NCBI GenBank assembly: GCA_001179505.1
Contig: CDMY01000791.1
Span: 124,001 to 188,000, forward strand
DNA: 64,000 bases
From: Vitrella brassicaformis CCMP3155
Lineage: Eukaryota; Protista; Chromerida
Reading direction: 5' to 3'
Shown here: positions 33,034 through 43,900 of the stretch, in pieces
Layout: each line of letters begins with the position of its first letter
Position numbering within the stretch: position 1 is the stretch's first letter
Position numbers and translations under genes: made by a program
The notes under the pieces: generated by a model
The model's input: the letters and a program-made list of their open reading frames with translations, nothing else
Told to the model about the DNA's origin: nothing
Database searches by the model: none

Positions 33034-33431
33034 TTGCCCGCCACGTTGGTGGCAGATGCACAGTTTTTTGGTCAAGGGAAGGAAGGGTCGATAGAGTCGT
33101 GTCGTTTTAGTCGACAGGTTTCGCAGTCTACACGGACGGACGGACGAGTGGGCACGGCGGCCGCCATGTCATTGACGCTGTCTGTCTTGGTATGTATGTA
33201 CACCCACCACACATGCACAGACAGATAGACGCTGTGCTCTCCATGCGTCCCTCTTCTGCCTTCCATTATTCCATGCGAAAGACAGACTAACGACAAGAGC
33301 TACTACGTCGCAATGAATGACAAAAAATCAAACACTCACTGACTGCATCACCACCCCTGGCCCGCCACACGGGTTGACCAGGGCTGCAAACTGCGGTCCC
33401 TTAAGGTCACGCACGCACGCATCGATATATA

Positions 33432-34706
33432 TCATGACTGGACGCGTGTGACTTTGACCCCAGCAGCCTTGACCCGTCTGCCTGACGGCAGCGTCATGTA
33501 CTCCCCATCATCTTCCTGCCGCTTTTCCGCACTCCTCCTGGCCTTATCAGCCACTGGCTTCGCATCAAGCTTGGCCGCCCTCGACGGCGGTGGTGCCCCC
33601 GGTGCACCCTCACCAATGCGCTTCCCATACCTGAACCAAACCCACACAGTGACGGGACAGAGCAAATGAATGACGGGTCTGTCGCCATATACTAGTTCGT
33701 TCTGTGCTGTGGATGAGAGTGTATGTGTGTCTGACCGTTCCTCCATTTTGTCCAGGACTCTGTTTGCCACGGGGTGGTTGGCGTCGAGCTTGAGGACCGT
33801 TTGGAAGGTCTCCAGCGACGAGGGCAGGTCACCCTGCAACGCGTATGCATGACCTGATGGATGCATGGATGGATGGAACAACAGACACAACACACCACAT
33901 CACATCACCATGGCCACACCAGCGGTCTTCCCGCATATATCGGCGCGGTGCTCACCGAGGTTGCTGTGTGCCGTGATGTAGTCGGGCACCAGTCGTATGG
34001 CCTGTTTGTAGTAGTGGATGGCCTCGTCAGTCTTCTTGAGCCTGAAGTAGGCCAGCCCCACCGCGTTGCTCAGCACCGCCCGGCCGAGCGTGTCGAGCGG
34101 GTTCCACAGCTCCTTTGCCAGAGTGAAGGTCAGCGCCGCCTCCTCAAACATGCCGCGAGAGAGGAACGACCTGCCGATGCCGTACAAGACCTCACCCGAA
34201 CCCTTCTGCTGATCCTGCGTATGTATCGGACACACACAAGCCATCCATCCATCCATCCTCAGTGGCAGCCCTCCTTGCTTCCTTCCCCGCTCAGTCACCT
34301 CCTCCTCTATCTGTTTGTTGAGTGTCCTCAGCCGCTGCTCCAGCTGCACGTTGCCCAGCACGTTGCGCGTGCCCGGGAAGACAAACAGCGACACCAGCGC
34401 GAGAGCTCCCACGAGGTACAGCGGCGGGCCGACGTTCTTGATCAAGTCCTGCACACCCGGATCACGCCAGTCGAACGGGTTGAACACCGACAGCAGCTCA
34501 GACGACGATGTCAGCGACTCCAGCACATCGCCGTGGCTCTGCACTCTGGATGGGGTGCTGGGCGGCGGCGTGACGGCCCTTGGGCTGAGAGGGGAGGGCT
34601 TGACAGGGGAGATAAAGGCATCCCCAGCCCCCAGTGAGGCGCATGAGCACAGGAGGGCCGACAGGAGAGTGGAAGGGCGGCTGATTCTGAAACGATCATG
34701 CTTCAT
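33432..34706 (-). CDS. ycf37: Plastid-targeted TPR protein, Ycf37/Pyg7-like photosystem I assembly factor
   Basis: Bipartite leader (signal peptide ending GAGDA-F, then S/P-rich transit). One TM (PPLYLVGALALVSLFV), LEQRLRTLNKQI, then TPRs LYGIGRSFL..., LSNAVGLAYFRLKKTDEAIHYYKQAIRLVPDYITAHSNLG|HAY...ALKLDANHPVA. This layout matches cyanobacterial Ycf37 as I recall it. Confidence 0.75.
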
Positions 34707-34913
34707 TGGGCAGATCACAGACTGAACCATCTCAGGGGCTGTGGAAAGGCTGCAGCGGGGAAAAAAGCGAACTCAAAGGAGCTCTTGAAAAGGTGGTGTG
34801 AGTTGGAGTAGATCGCGTGTAACTGAACTCTGCCTCCTTCTTGTGAACCTTCTCTACCTCATCTGTTGCGGGCAACGACAACGATCCTCTACCAGCCTCT
34901 ACGTCGAGAAGAA
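34707..34913. promoter_or_regulatory. Putative bidirectional promoter (ycf37-like / cupin)
   Basis: 207 nt between divergent ATGs. Geometry only. Confidence 0.4.
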
Positions 34914-36120
34914 ATGGTGAACGTGGATACCAACTTCTCTGCGCGAGTAGGCAAAGATCTGATCTGGGGAGGGACGTGGTGATGAGTCGTATGTTGCAGG
35001 TTGTCAAAAGGCTCGCTGACGTCGAGTGGCGTGCGGCACCAAAGGTCAGCGGTGTCCACAGGCGCTTGCTCGACCGAATAACATTTCACGACGACGTCGC
35101 AAGAGCCACCAGGTCAGACACTTGAAGATCTACAGGATCCTCGAAGGAAGGAGGGAGGGAGGGAGGGAGGATGGGGCGAGCGAGGGCGCCCATGTTTTGT
35201 TTCGGTCATGCGCTTTGCAGTGTGGTTCGGTACGATGCCAACGCCAAGTTCCCCTTCCACACACATCACGGGGGAGAGGAGTACTTTGTGCTTGACGGGC
35301 ACTTTTGTGACAAAGATGGCGACCATGGCCCAGGCACTTACATACGGAACCCGTAGGCAACACAACACCCGGGCGGACCGGACAGACATTCAGGCAGGTG
35401 TCGGCACTGATGTCTGTCTTGTGTTTGTGTGTCTGCCTGTGTGCTGTGCAGGTGCGGTTCGTCGCACGAGCCGTGGACGAGAGAGGACGGCTGCACCATA
35501 TTCGTCAAGCTCATACAGATGCACAAAGACGACCCGGTCAGCAGCCAAGACACCCCAGCTGCTGCACCTAGCTGTGGAAACGACCATCTGTCCCTCATGT
35601 GTATGTGGGGGTGTGCTTGTCAGTTCGTCAAAACGAGCTTCTATGACGAGGCGGAGAGGCAGTGGGAGAGGTCGGCGGATGATCCGCTGCTCGAGACCTC
35701 GTTGCTGTTCAAAAGCCCGTTGACCAAAGAGGTACTGAAGCAAAGAACCTATGCGGGCGCTGTGCCGATTGGCTGCATATCTTTCGATTGGTACGTTTGT
35801 GGGCAGGTGGTGAGGTTGTATCGGTGGCAGCCCGGCGAAGCCTCACGGCCCATCGTGTCACCTGATGGCGGCATGGAGATCTATGTGCTGTCAGGACACT
35901 TTACCGACAAAGGTCAGTCAGTCAGTCAGACCTTCCCACTTGGATGGACATCGGCTGTCTGCATCGTTTTCCCATCGTGTCTGTCTGTCTGTCTGCAGAC
36001 GGCGAGTATGGCGACCACACTTGGCTGCGGCTGCCCGTGGGCTTTTCGTTCCTGCCGACCATCCATGCCGCCTCCATGTGGTACGTGCGCACGGGCGCCT
36101 TCCCCGTCATCAGCTGCTGA
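34914..36120 (+). CDS. ChrR-like double cupin (Cupin_7) protein
   Basis: Spliced: MVNVDTNFSAR|VVKRLADVEWRAAPKVSGVHRRLLDR...VARATS|VVRYDANAKFPFHTHHGGEEYFVLDGHFCDKDGDHGPGTYIRNP|CGSSHEPWTREDGCTIFVKLIQM. The second cupin reads GGMEIYVLSGHFTDK|DGEYGDHTWLRLP. Confidence 0.9.
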
Positions 36121-36849
36121 ACTTCTTGCTTGCGAGAAATGAGCAAGGCTTTTTTGACAATGCCTGCCTCCCCTCAATGAGGCCGTGGTGGTGCTTTTTG
36201 CCCGCCTCGCAAGTTTGTCGGGTGGGTACGTGTGAGGTGAGGTTTTGCGGAAGGAAGAACGTGTACAGACAGACACCGGCACACGAATGGAATCAATGAA
36301 TGGTTGTGTGTGTGGACACGTCCTACTGGCCATTGTAATGTAATAGCGGTCTTGGTATGGACACACACCTGACGTGACGTGACGAGACGTGCACACACGT
36401 GAACCCTCCCTCGCACCGCGCCAATTAACATGCACACACATGAGTGAATTGCATTGGTACCAAGAGCATTCCTCCTACCTACTACGTGTACCAATCAATG
36501 TATGTGTGTGTGTATGTATGAGCGGCCAGACAGGCAGGCAGGCAGGCACCAATCGGCTTAGACGGGCCACGCCAGCCACACGGCCACACGAAGCCAGGCA
36601 TGCAGCAGGCACCAAACAAGCAGGCAGACAAGGGCAAGGGGCGGAGAGAGAAGAGTACCCACTCAACCAAGTGCAACTAAGTACACACACCTATATAATA
36701 CAATCAATGGCTAATATATGGCTACAAATATATACGAAAGTCGACCGCCACGTGCAGCACAAGACAGACAGACAGACAAATGAATACACATGCCCTGCCC
36801 CCCTCTTCTCCCTCCCCTTGGTATTATGTCCCTCTCTCCATATGGTCGG

Positions 36850-39800
36850 TCACACGGCCGTGGGTTTGTAGCACTTGATGACCCCAGGCTTCGCCCCTGT
36901 GTCCCAGCAGCAGCCCTTGGACTGACACTCCTTACCCCCAATCCCATAAAAACCACAGTCACGCCGCGCGTCCAACTTGGGCTGCACACAGGTGCCTCCG
37001 ACGTGATAGCACCACGGCGAGCTGCCGTCCTCTGTGCGGCTCCAACAACAACCTGACGCACCGCACACCCACAGAGACACGTTAGTTAGTTACACCACAC
37101 ACACCGTGTCTCTGTCTGTCTCTGTGGCTATGCGGTTGTCTCACTCACCGTTGGCGACGCATTCCTGCTCGCGGATGCCCAGGTATCCGCAGTCCCATTT
37201 GTCTGCCTTAGTGGCGGCACACCGCCCGCCGGCTTGTGTCCGCTGGACTGGCACCTCCAGGGGTGATGGCTGCTTGTTCCTCTGCTCCACCTGCACAGGG
37301 GCATAGCACGACGGGGTCTTGGAGAGCTTGGGGGCCGGCCTGAAACAGCACCCTATCGCTGTCCACAGACACACACAGACAGACACAGACAGACAGACAG
37401 ACACACAAGAGCCAGGGAGGTGTTGGGTGAGGTACCAATATGGGGTCGTGTCGGTATCTATAGGTCACACACCTCTGCATTCTTCTGGCGTCATGTTTGG
37501 CCTCACCGGGTCGCACTGCTCGCGCTTGCTAGCGGCGATTTTGCACAGTGCCCCGTTGGAGCCGTGCTTGATCGGCCCTTGGTACCAGGGGCCGGTGTTC
37601 TCTTGGCCGTCGCTTCCCCCACTCCCCTCTCCCCCACTCCCCTCTCCCCCACTCCCTCCCCCGTCCTTACCCTCTCCCTCTTGCTTCCTCTCGGCATGTC
37701 TGTCGCGGCCAGGATCAAAGTGACCGAACTGACTCGCGCTCGCGACCTCTTTCCGTTGGTCGTTTTCGCCGAGAACGGCGAACTCCTCACCGCCCTCCAA
37801 TTGAGCAAACGCCTCGAGTCTCGGCTCATCGGGATCCTGCTGCTGCTGCTGTTCATCTTTGGCTTTGTCGGTTTCTTGGGGGCATTTGAGTGAGGGGATG
37901 GCATCCGACGCCGACAGCTGTTGGCCCTCTTCGTCTTTGGGTACAGCCATGTAGTACTGGCATGTAGCACCTGCCCCGGGCACCCGCAGGCTGTGCTCGA
38001 ACTGCCTCTTGGGGATGCGGGCAATGACGGTGGTGACGCTTGACGGGGAGGGGCCGCGGAGGATCTCCCAAGAAGAATGGACCGTTGCACCGTTCCATGA
38101 GACTGCAGGAGAGACCATGAATGACACCAGAGCATCACATATCTCGTCACGTGTACTGCACGGCTGGCTGTTAGTCGCTGTGTGAGACAGTACAGTGGAG
38201 TGTGGGAGTCTGCGACGGGTTGTCGGTGTCGATGACGAGTGTGGGTTTCCATCTCGGGTGGCCCCGCCAGTTGTTCCTCGGGATCTTCCTTGCCACCTGG
38301 CTGTTAGATCCATCCTCGAAATACATCTCCAGCAGCTTCTCGCCGTCCGACGATACCTCTGTCCAGAATGGCACTGCACCAGGTTCTCCAGTGACCAGCA
38401 GCCCAAAGCCGCCCCAGCAGATGCCTCGGTTGCCGTTCGGTAACCTCTGGACCGACCCGTCACCTGCACACCACACACAAGACAGACCACATCATAGTGA
38501 GTGCCGTTGTGCGCCCGTCCGTGGCCTTTCGCCCGCCCGTTGCTGACCGACCGATAGAGAAGATCTTGGTGTGGTCGTTGAAGTCCCATGTCCTGGTGGC
38601 CACCTGCCGCTTTTCATCGACGTGGTACTCGACCATCCGGGCGTAGAATGGCGGGTGGTGGTTGTTGTTGTCGAGCATCAGGAGGGTGTCGCCCGACACC
38701 ATGTGGGCGTCGTGCTGGCTGCTGAAGGGCCGCTCGTCCTGCAAAATCTGGAACTGGTTGAAGTTGGGGCGCCTCCCCATCGTCCACATGACCTCGGCCG
38801 TGACGCGGCTGACCTGTGTGGGCGCGGGAACAAAGCCAGAGGGGAGAGAGGGGAGGGGGACTTCTGTGTGGGGTGTGGACAGACATGTGTGTAGTGTGTT
38901 GGTCTGCTTGGTCACCTTCATGACGCCTGACAAACAGACAGAGCACGTGAGACATACATACCAGGCTTTCCGTATTCCTCTTCCCTTTGTGTGTCTGTGT
39001 GTGTCTGCACCACCCACCAAGGTGTCTGAACGAGTAGACGTGGTTGCCGTCATCGGTCCAGGAGGCCGCATTGCTGCCATCCCGTCGAAACACAGGCCCG
39101 CCCATCACACAACACAAGAAGCCGATTGTCCGTCCGTCCGTGTGTGCCTATGCATGTGGTCGGTCTCACGGGTGTGTGTAGTCCGCTGCCTCGTGTTTTC
39201 TCCTCTTAATGGAGCTCGCCATGATGTCCTCCACGGACATGTGGTCCCTGACACATACCACCCCCACACACAGACAGAGAGACAGTCTCTGCTGCTGACC
39301 CATCCTTTCCTTTCTCTCTGTCTGTCTGGTGGATGGCCGCACCATTGCCGCCACTCGAACAAGACATTGCCGTCCTGGTCCTGCTCCGTCACGATCGTCG
39401 CCTCGACCTCCTTGGGGTGGCCTCTGTACTGCACCTGCTGACGGTCCGTGTGCACCATCAACGCATAACCTGCCAAGGACAGCACACCAGAGCTCTCAGC
39501 CAAATGGTGCATGTCAGTCAGACGCTCCACATGCCTTGTCCGTTGACCCTGAAGCCGTAACCTGCAACACAATCGACCCATTGTTGAAAGACAAACCATC
39601 CCCTTACTTCGCCCACACTCACCGCTCAGAGCGTAGCCGTGTGGCGGCGGGTACTTCCTCTTGAGCCGGTAGCCGCTGTCCATGACCATGTTGGCTAGGG
39701 CGATCTCGTCAGCATTTGGCGAGAGGCTGAGGTCTGCGAAGGGGTTGTGGCCGTCGGTGTTGATGCCTCCGTCCATGTAGACGACCGGATCGCCACGTAC

Positions 39801-40848
39801 GTCGACCATGAGAAAGTACGGGTGGTGCGTGCCGCCTTTCATCGCCCGCTTGGCCTTCTTGTTGGCCACCATCAGATAGCCCTCAGCCACGCCCCTCTTG
39901 GGCGGCACAGCCAGCCGGATTCTGGGGTACGTCTGCGGCAGACTGACACACACACGCACCATGGCAGGTAGCATGACAACAGCCCGGCCAGCAAGGCCAA
40001 TATATGGTGCGTCTTTCTTGTTGTCTCGCTCATCGGCATCACTCTATCACTTACGTCTTGTAGTTGTGTGTGTGGGGGTGTGCCTCCTGGAGGGTCTTCA
40101 TGAAGGACAGCCCATTCATAAAGGGGTACCGGGGTGCCTTCCGGCCGCGGGGGGACGCATCGCTCCCATTGTGGGGCGCACCCCAGCCCATCAGCTCGTA
40201 GGGCGTCACCAGGCTGCCCTCCCCACTGCCACTTGGCAGCCTGCTGATCTCATTCTCATCCACGAAGTAGCGAGGCTGTCCTTCAGTCACCTCGGCCTTG
40301 ACCAGCTCCTGAGCCGTCATGTTGCCGCCCGAGCGACATGCGCCACGTGGTTGGCAATCATCAGAACTCGCGACCTCTGGCGTGTGTGCGGCAATAGAGA
40401 ACTCCCAAGAGAAGGACAGCACCGTCCGCCCGAGTTGCGTCTGGATGCCGGTGTGGATGTCCACGTGCACATTCTCGCCGGCAGCGAAGGGCTGATCGGG
40501 GTGGAAGACGATTGTGCGGTTGTCGGCGGCGAGGACGGTCCTGCCTTCAGTGCTGCCGGAGGTGTCGCCTCTGACCCTGATTCTGCCCTCGATGGAGTCG
40601 GACCCGATGGGCGCTTCGTAGCGAGCGGCAATCTGCGTGGCTGCGGACACATAGACACCCTCTGGCCGCGGATGGACATACCTGACGAGCACAGCACAGC
40701 ACAGCAATACAATGATGCATTGATTGTCTGCAGAGCTGTGGTGTCTTGGTGTGACTCACTCGAACGGCCCGAATCGGATAGCGCGCGCACAGCAAAAGAA
40801 GAAGAGACAGAGAAGCCACCTCAAAGCCCCATCGTTCCGCCGCATCAT
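36850..40848 (-). CDS. Secreted arylsulfotransferase (ASST beta-propeller) with N-terminal Ig-like (Big_5/SbsA-type) domain and three C-terminal trefoil (P-type) domains
   Basis: Signal peptide MRRNDGALRWLLCLFFFCCARA. Ig-like YVHPRPEG..VSAATQI...TIVFHPDQPFAAGENVHV. ASST motifs LFEW, DYTHP|NAASWTDDGNHVYSFRHL, SQHDAH, GSVQRLPNGN and SWNGAT. Trefoils e.g. RRDCGFYGIGGKECQSKGCCWD...KCY*. Confidence 0.88.
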
Positions 40849-40901
40849 CTCTTCATTTGCAACGGTCCGAAATAATAGTACACACATTGCTGCCTGTCCT
40901 G
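40849..40901. promoter_or_regulatory. 53-nt divergent spacer/bidirectional promoter between arylsulfotransferase and sulfatase
   Basis: Minus-strand ATGs at 40848/40845 and plus-strand ATG at 40902. AT-rich core aaataatagta. A minus-strand uORF ATG AAG AGA TGA overlaps the ASST start. Confidence 0.55.
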
Positions 40902-43900
40902 ATGGACGTGTTGCTCGTGTTGCTCGCGTGCGTGATCCAGCTCATCGTCCTCCAGTCTGTCCGCGGGGCGCCCTCACTTCTGCGGCCGAGCGAGCTGCAA
41001 GATGCAGAAGCACCACTCAACGACCCACAAGACCACCAGGTGAGAGCGGCACACAACACACGAGGCGCACCTATCTGTGCGTCAGGCGATGTTCTCTCTG
41101 CTGGCTGTTGGCAGCATCGTCGTGTGTCCACGAGCGACGACAAAAGCGATAATGGTCCACCGCAGAGCAGCGGCGACCACGGTGGAGGTTATGATAGCGG
41201 CCAGGACACATACGACATCTCAGTTGACGCACGTGTCGAGGCGGCCAAGTCAGGGCCCTCACTGTCAGCCACCAGCCTGCAGTGGGGCGTGAGCGATGCC
41301 GACTGGCGGGACCCCATCACGAGTCAGTTCTCGGCCGAGTGGTCGGCGATAGACGTCGACCCCACCAATTCCACGGGCCTCAAGGCTTGGGGCGTCGACC
41401 CCTCCAGCTCTCAGGACGGCCGACCCAACTTTCTGATCATACTGAGTGACGACCACAGGTGGGATGGGATAGGCAAGGTGCAGCAGCACCTACCTCAAGA
41501 CAAACGGCTCTTCCCATTTATCGTGTAAGGACGGACCGAGACGACAGCAGAGGGAGCCAGGGACGGACAATTGGATGGATCTCTTTGGATGTGTGTGTGT
41601 GTGTGTTGTGTGCAGAGGCAAGACCCCCAACATGGACGACATGATATCCGAGGGCGTCTTCTTCACAAACGCTTTCGTCAGCGACCCCCTCTGCAGCCCC
41701 AGCAAAGGCACACTCTACTCCGGTCGGTAACACACTCACTCCTTCCTCCACCTCCACCACAGCAAGTGTGTCTTAGCTAATTAGACACCAGACCAGATGA
41801 ATGCTCTGCTCTGCTCTGCTCCCTCCATCCATCAGGTGAGCGCGAGCACGTCCATGGTGTGCTGGGAAACGATGACGAGTTCCCCTTGCCCGATGCCGGC
41901 GACGGCATGACACACCTGGGCGACCTCACCATCGCCGAGCGGCTCAGGCGGCAGGGCTACCGCACCGGATACTTCGGCAAGTGGCACATGAAGGAGCAGC
42001 TCGACCGGCCTGGCTTCGAGACGGTCGCCACATTTCGCGGTCAGGGCGACTACTTCAACGGGAACCAGATGTGGGTCAACGGCAAGAAGACTAAGACGAA
42101 CCCCAAGGAGTTCATCGACGACACCGTCACCAACTTCTTCCTCGACTGGCTCAGGGCTAACCAAGACAACCCAAGACCATTCTTCGCCGTGCTCAGCGTC
42201 AAGGTGCACTGGGCGCTCACACATTTCGGCACTGCAATCTCTCTGAGACTCTCTCTCTCTCTGTGTGTGTGTGTGTGTTGGTGATCTGTTTGTCTGTCAT
42301 GGCATGGCAATGGCAGGCCCCGCACACCCCTCGCAGCCCGCATCCCCGGACCAAGGAAATGTTCGTGGGGGGGCTCATGAAGTCGCCGCCCAACTCGAAG
42401 AGCGGCTTCCCCCCTGCGCGCTTCAAGGAGGAGTACTTCGAGTCGGTGGAGACCATCGACATGAACATGGGCCGCGTGCGCAAGGAAATGATGAACATCG
42501 GCATACACGATACAACCATGACATTCTACCTGGGGTGGGTATGGGAATGGGAAGACAGGCATGGGTGCAGGGCAGGCAGTATTACTTGTCTGTGGTCTGT
42601 GGTGTGTGTATGCTCTCAGAGACAATGGGTACTTTCTCGGGTAAAACTTGGTTGGCACCACGCTAGCCGGCATGAGTGTCAGTCATCTTCTGCTGCCTGC
42701 GTTCTTCCTCCCTTGCTTGCAGCGAGCACGGCCTCGTCGACAAGCGCTTCGCCTACGAGGAATCCATCAAGAGTAGGCAGTGTGTACCACGCAGTACCAC
42801 CCACTGCACCGCACCGCCACCACACACACACGCGGTCCTCCACTCGCCTCGCCTCCCCCCTGTCTGTCCGTGTCAGTTCCGCTGATCGTGTCTTATCCGG
42901 GGGGCCGCGTTCGCCGCGACAGTTTCGAGGATGCGTTGGTGCTGCACATGGACATCCCCGCCACCATCATGGATTATGCCGGCCTCAACGGGCGCGACGT
43001 GGTCATGGGGAGGAGCATGCGGCCGCTGCTCGAGACGACCGGCAAGGAGATCTGGCCAGAGGGGGTGCTCATGAACTACTACCCCGAACACAAAATCGGC
43101 CCGCCATTCCAATGGTACCTCCCCTCCCCCGGGCCCTTTCAGCACCACACATGGGTCGGTCTTCTCTGTTCTCTGTCTGTTCCCGTGTTGGCAGGTTTGC
43201 GCTGCGCACCAAGACGGAGAAGCTGATTCACATAGCGCCCACCCTTTACGACCCCTTGTGCGGCGGACCCAGGACCAAGACCCGCTGCATGTACCTCAAG
43301 GGCCGGGAGGAGTTCTACAACATCAAGAACGACCCCTACGAGCTGCACGACCTCACCAAAACCAAAACCAGCAGCGGGGCGCAGGACACAATCGCCAGAA
43401 TGAAGAAGCAGCTCAACATCGTGCTTCTGCGCGAGGGGGTGGCCACCGCCATGCCGTTCTTCAGGGACACGCCTGTCGGCTTCCCCTACCCCAAATCAAT
43501 GTTCTTCTGGACATTCGGTGAGAGAAGACTAATTGGCGTCAAGACAAGAGCCGGTGGTCACATGTATTGTCTCTCGCTCCGTGTGCGTGTGTGAGTGCAG
43601 AAGGGCAGTCGACGGCCGATAAGCGGAAGCAGAACCGGTTGTCGCTCAAGGGCGGTGCCTATTTGTCAGCGCTGGACAAGAGGGCGCCTTTGGATGGTGT
43701 GCTGGTGTTGCCGCGCGGTGGCTGGGCGGACATCAGCCACGCCCACTTCACCAAGCGGACGGACGGCCGGACGGTGTCCATGTGGGTCAAGGCAGAACAG
43801 GGGCCGATGGAGGAGGCACAAGTGCTCTATGACGAGGTGGGTGGACGCACAGTGACCTCAGCTGATGGACGAGACGAGCCACAGGTGGATTGTGGTATGC

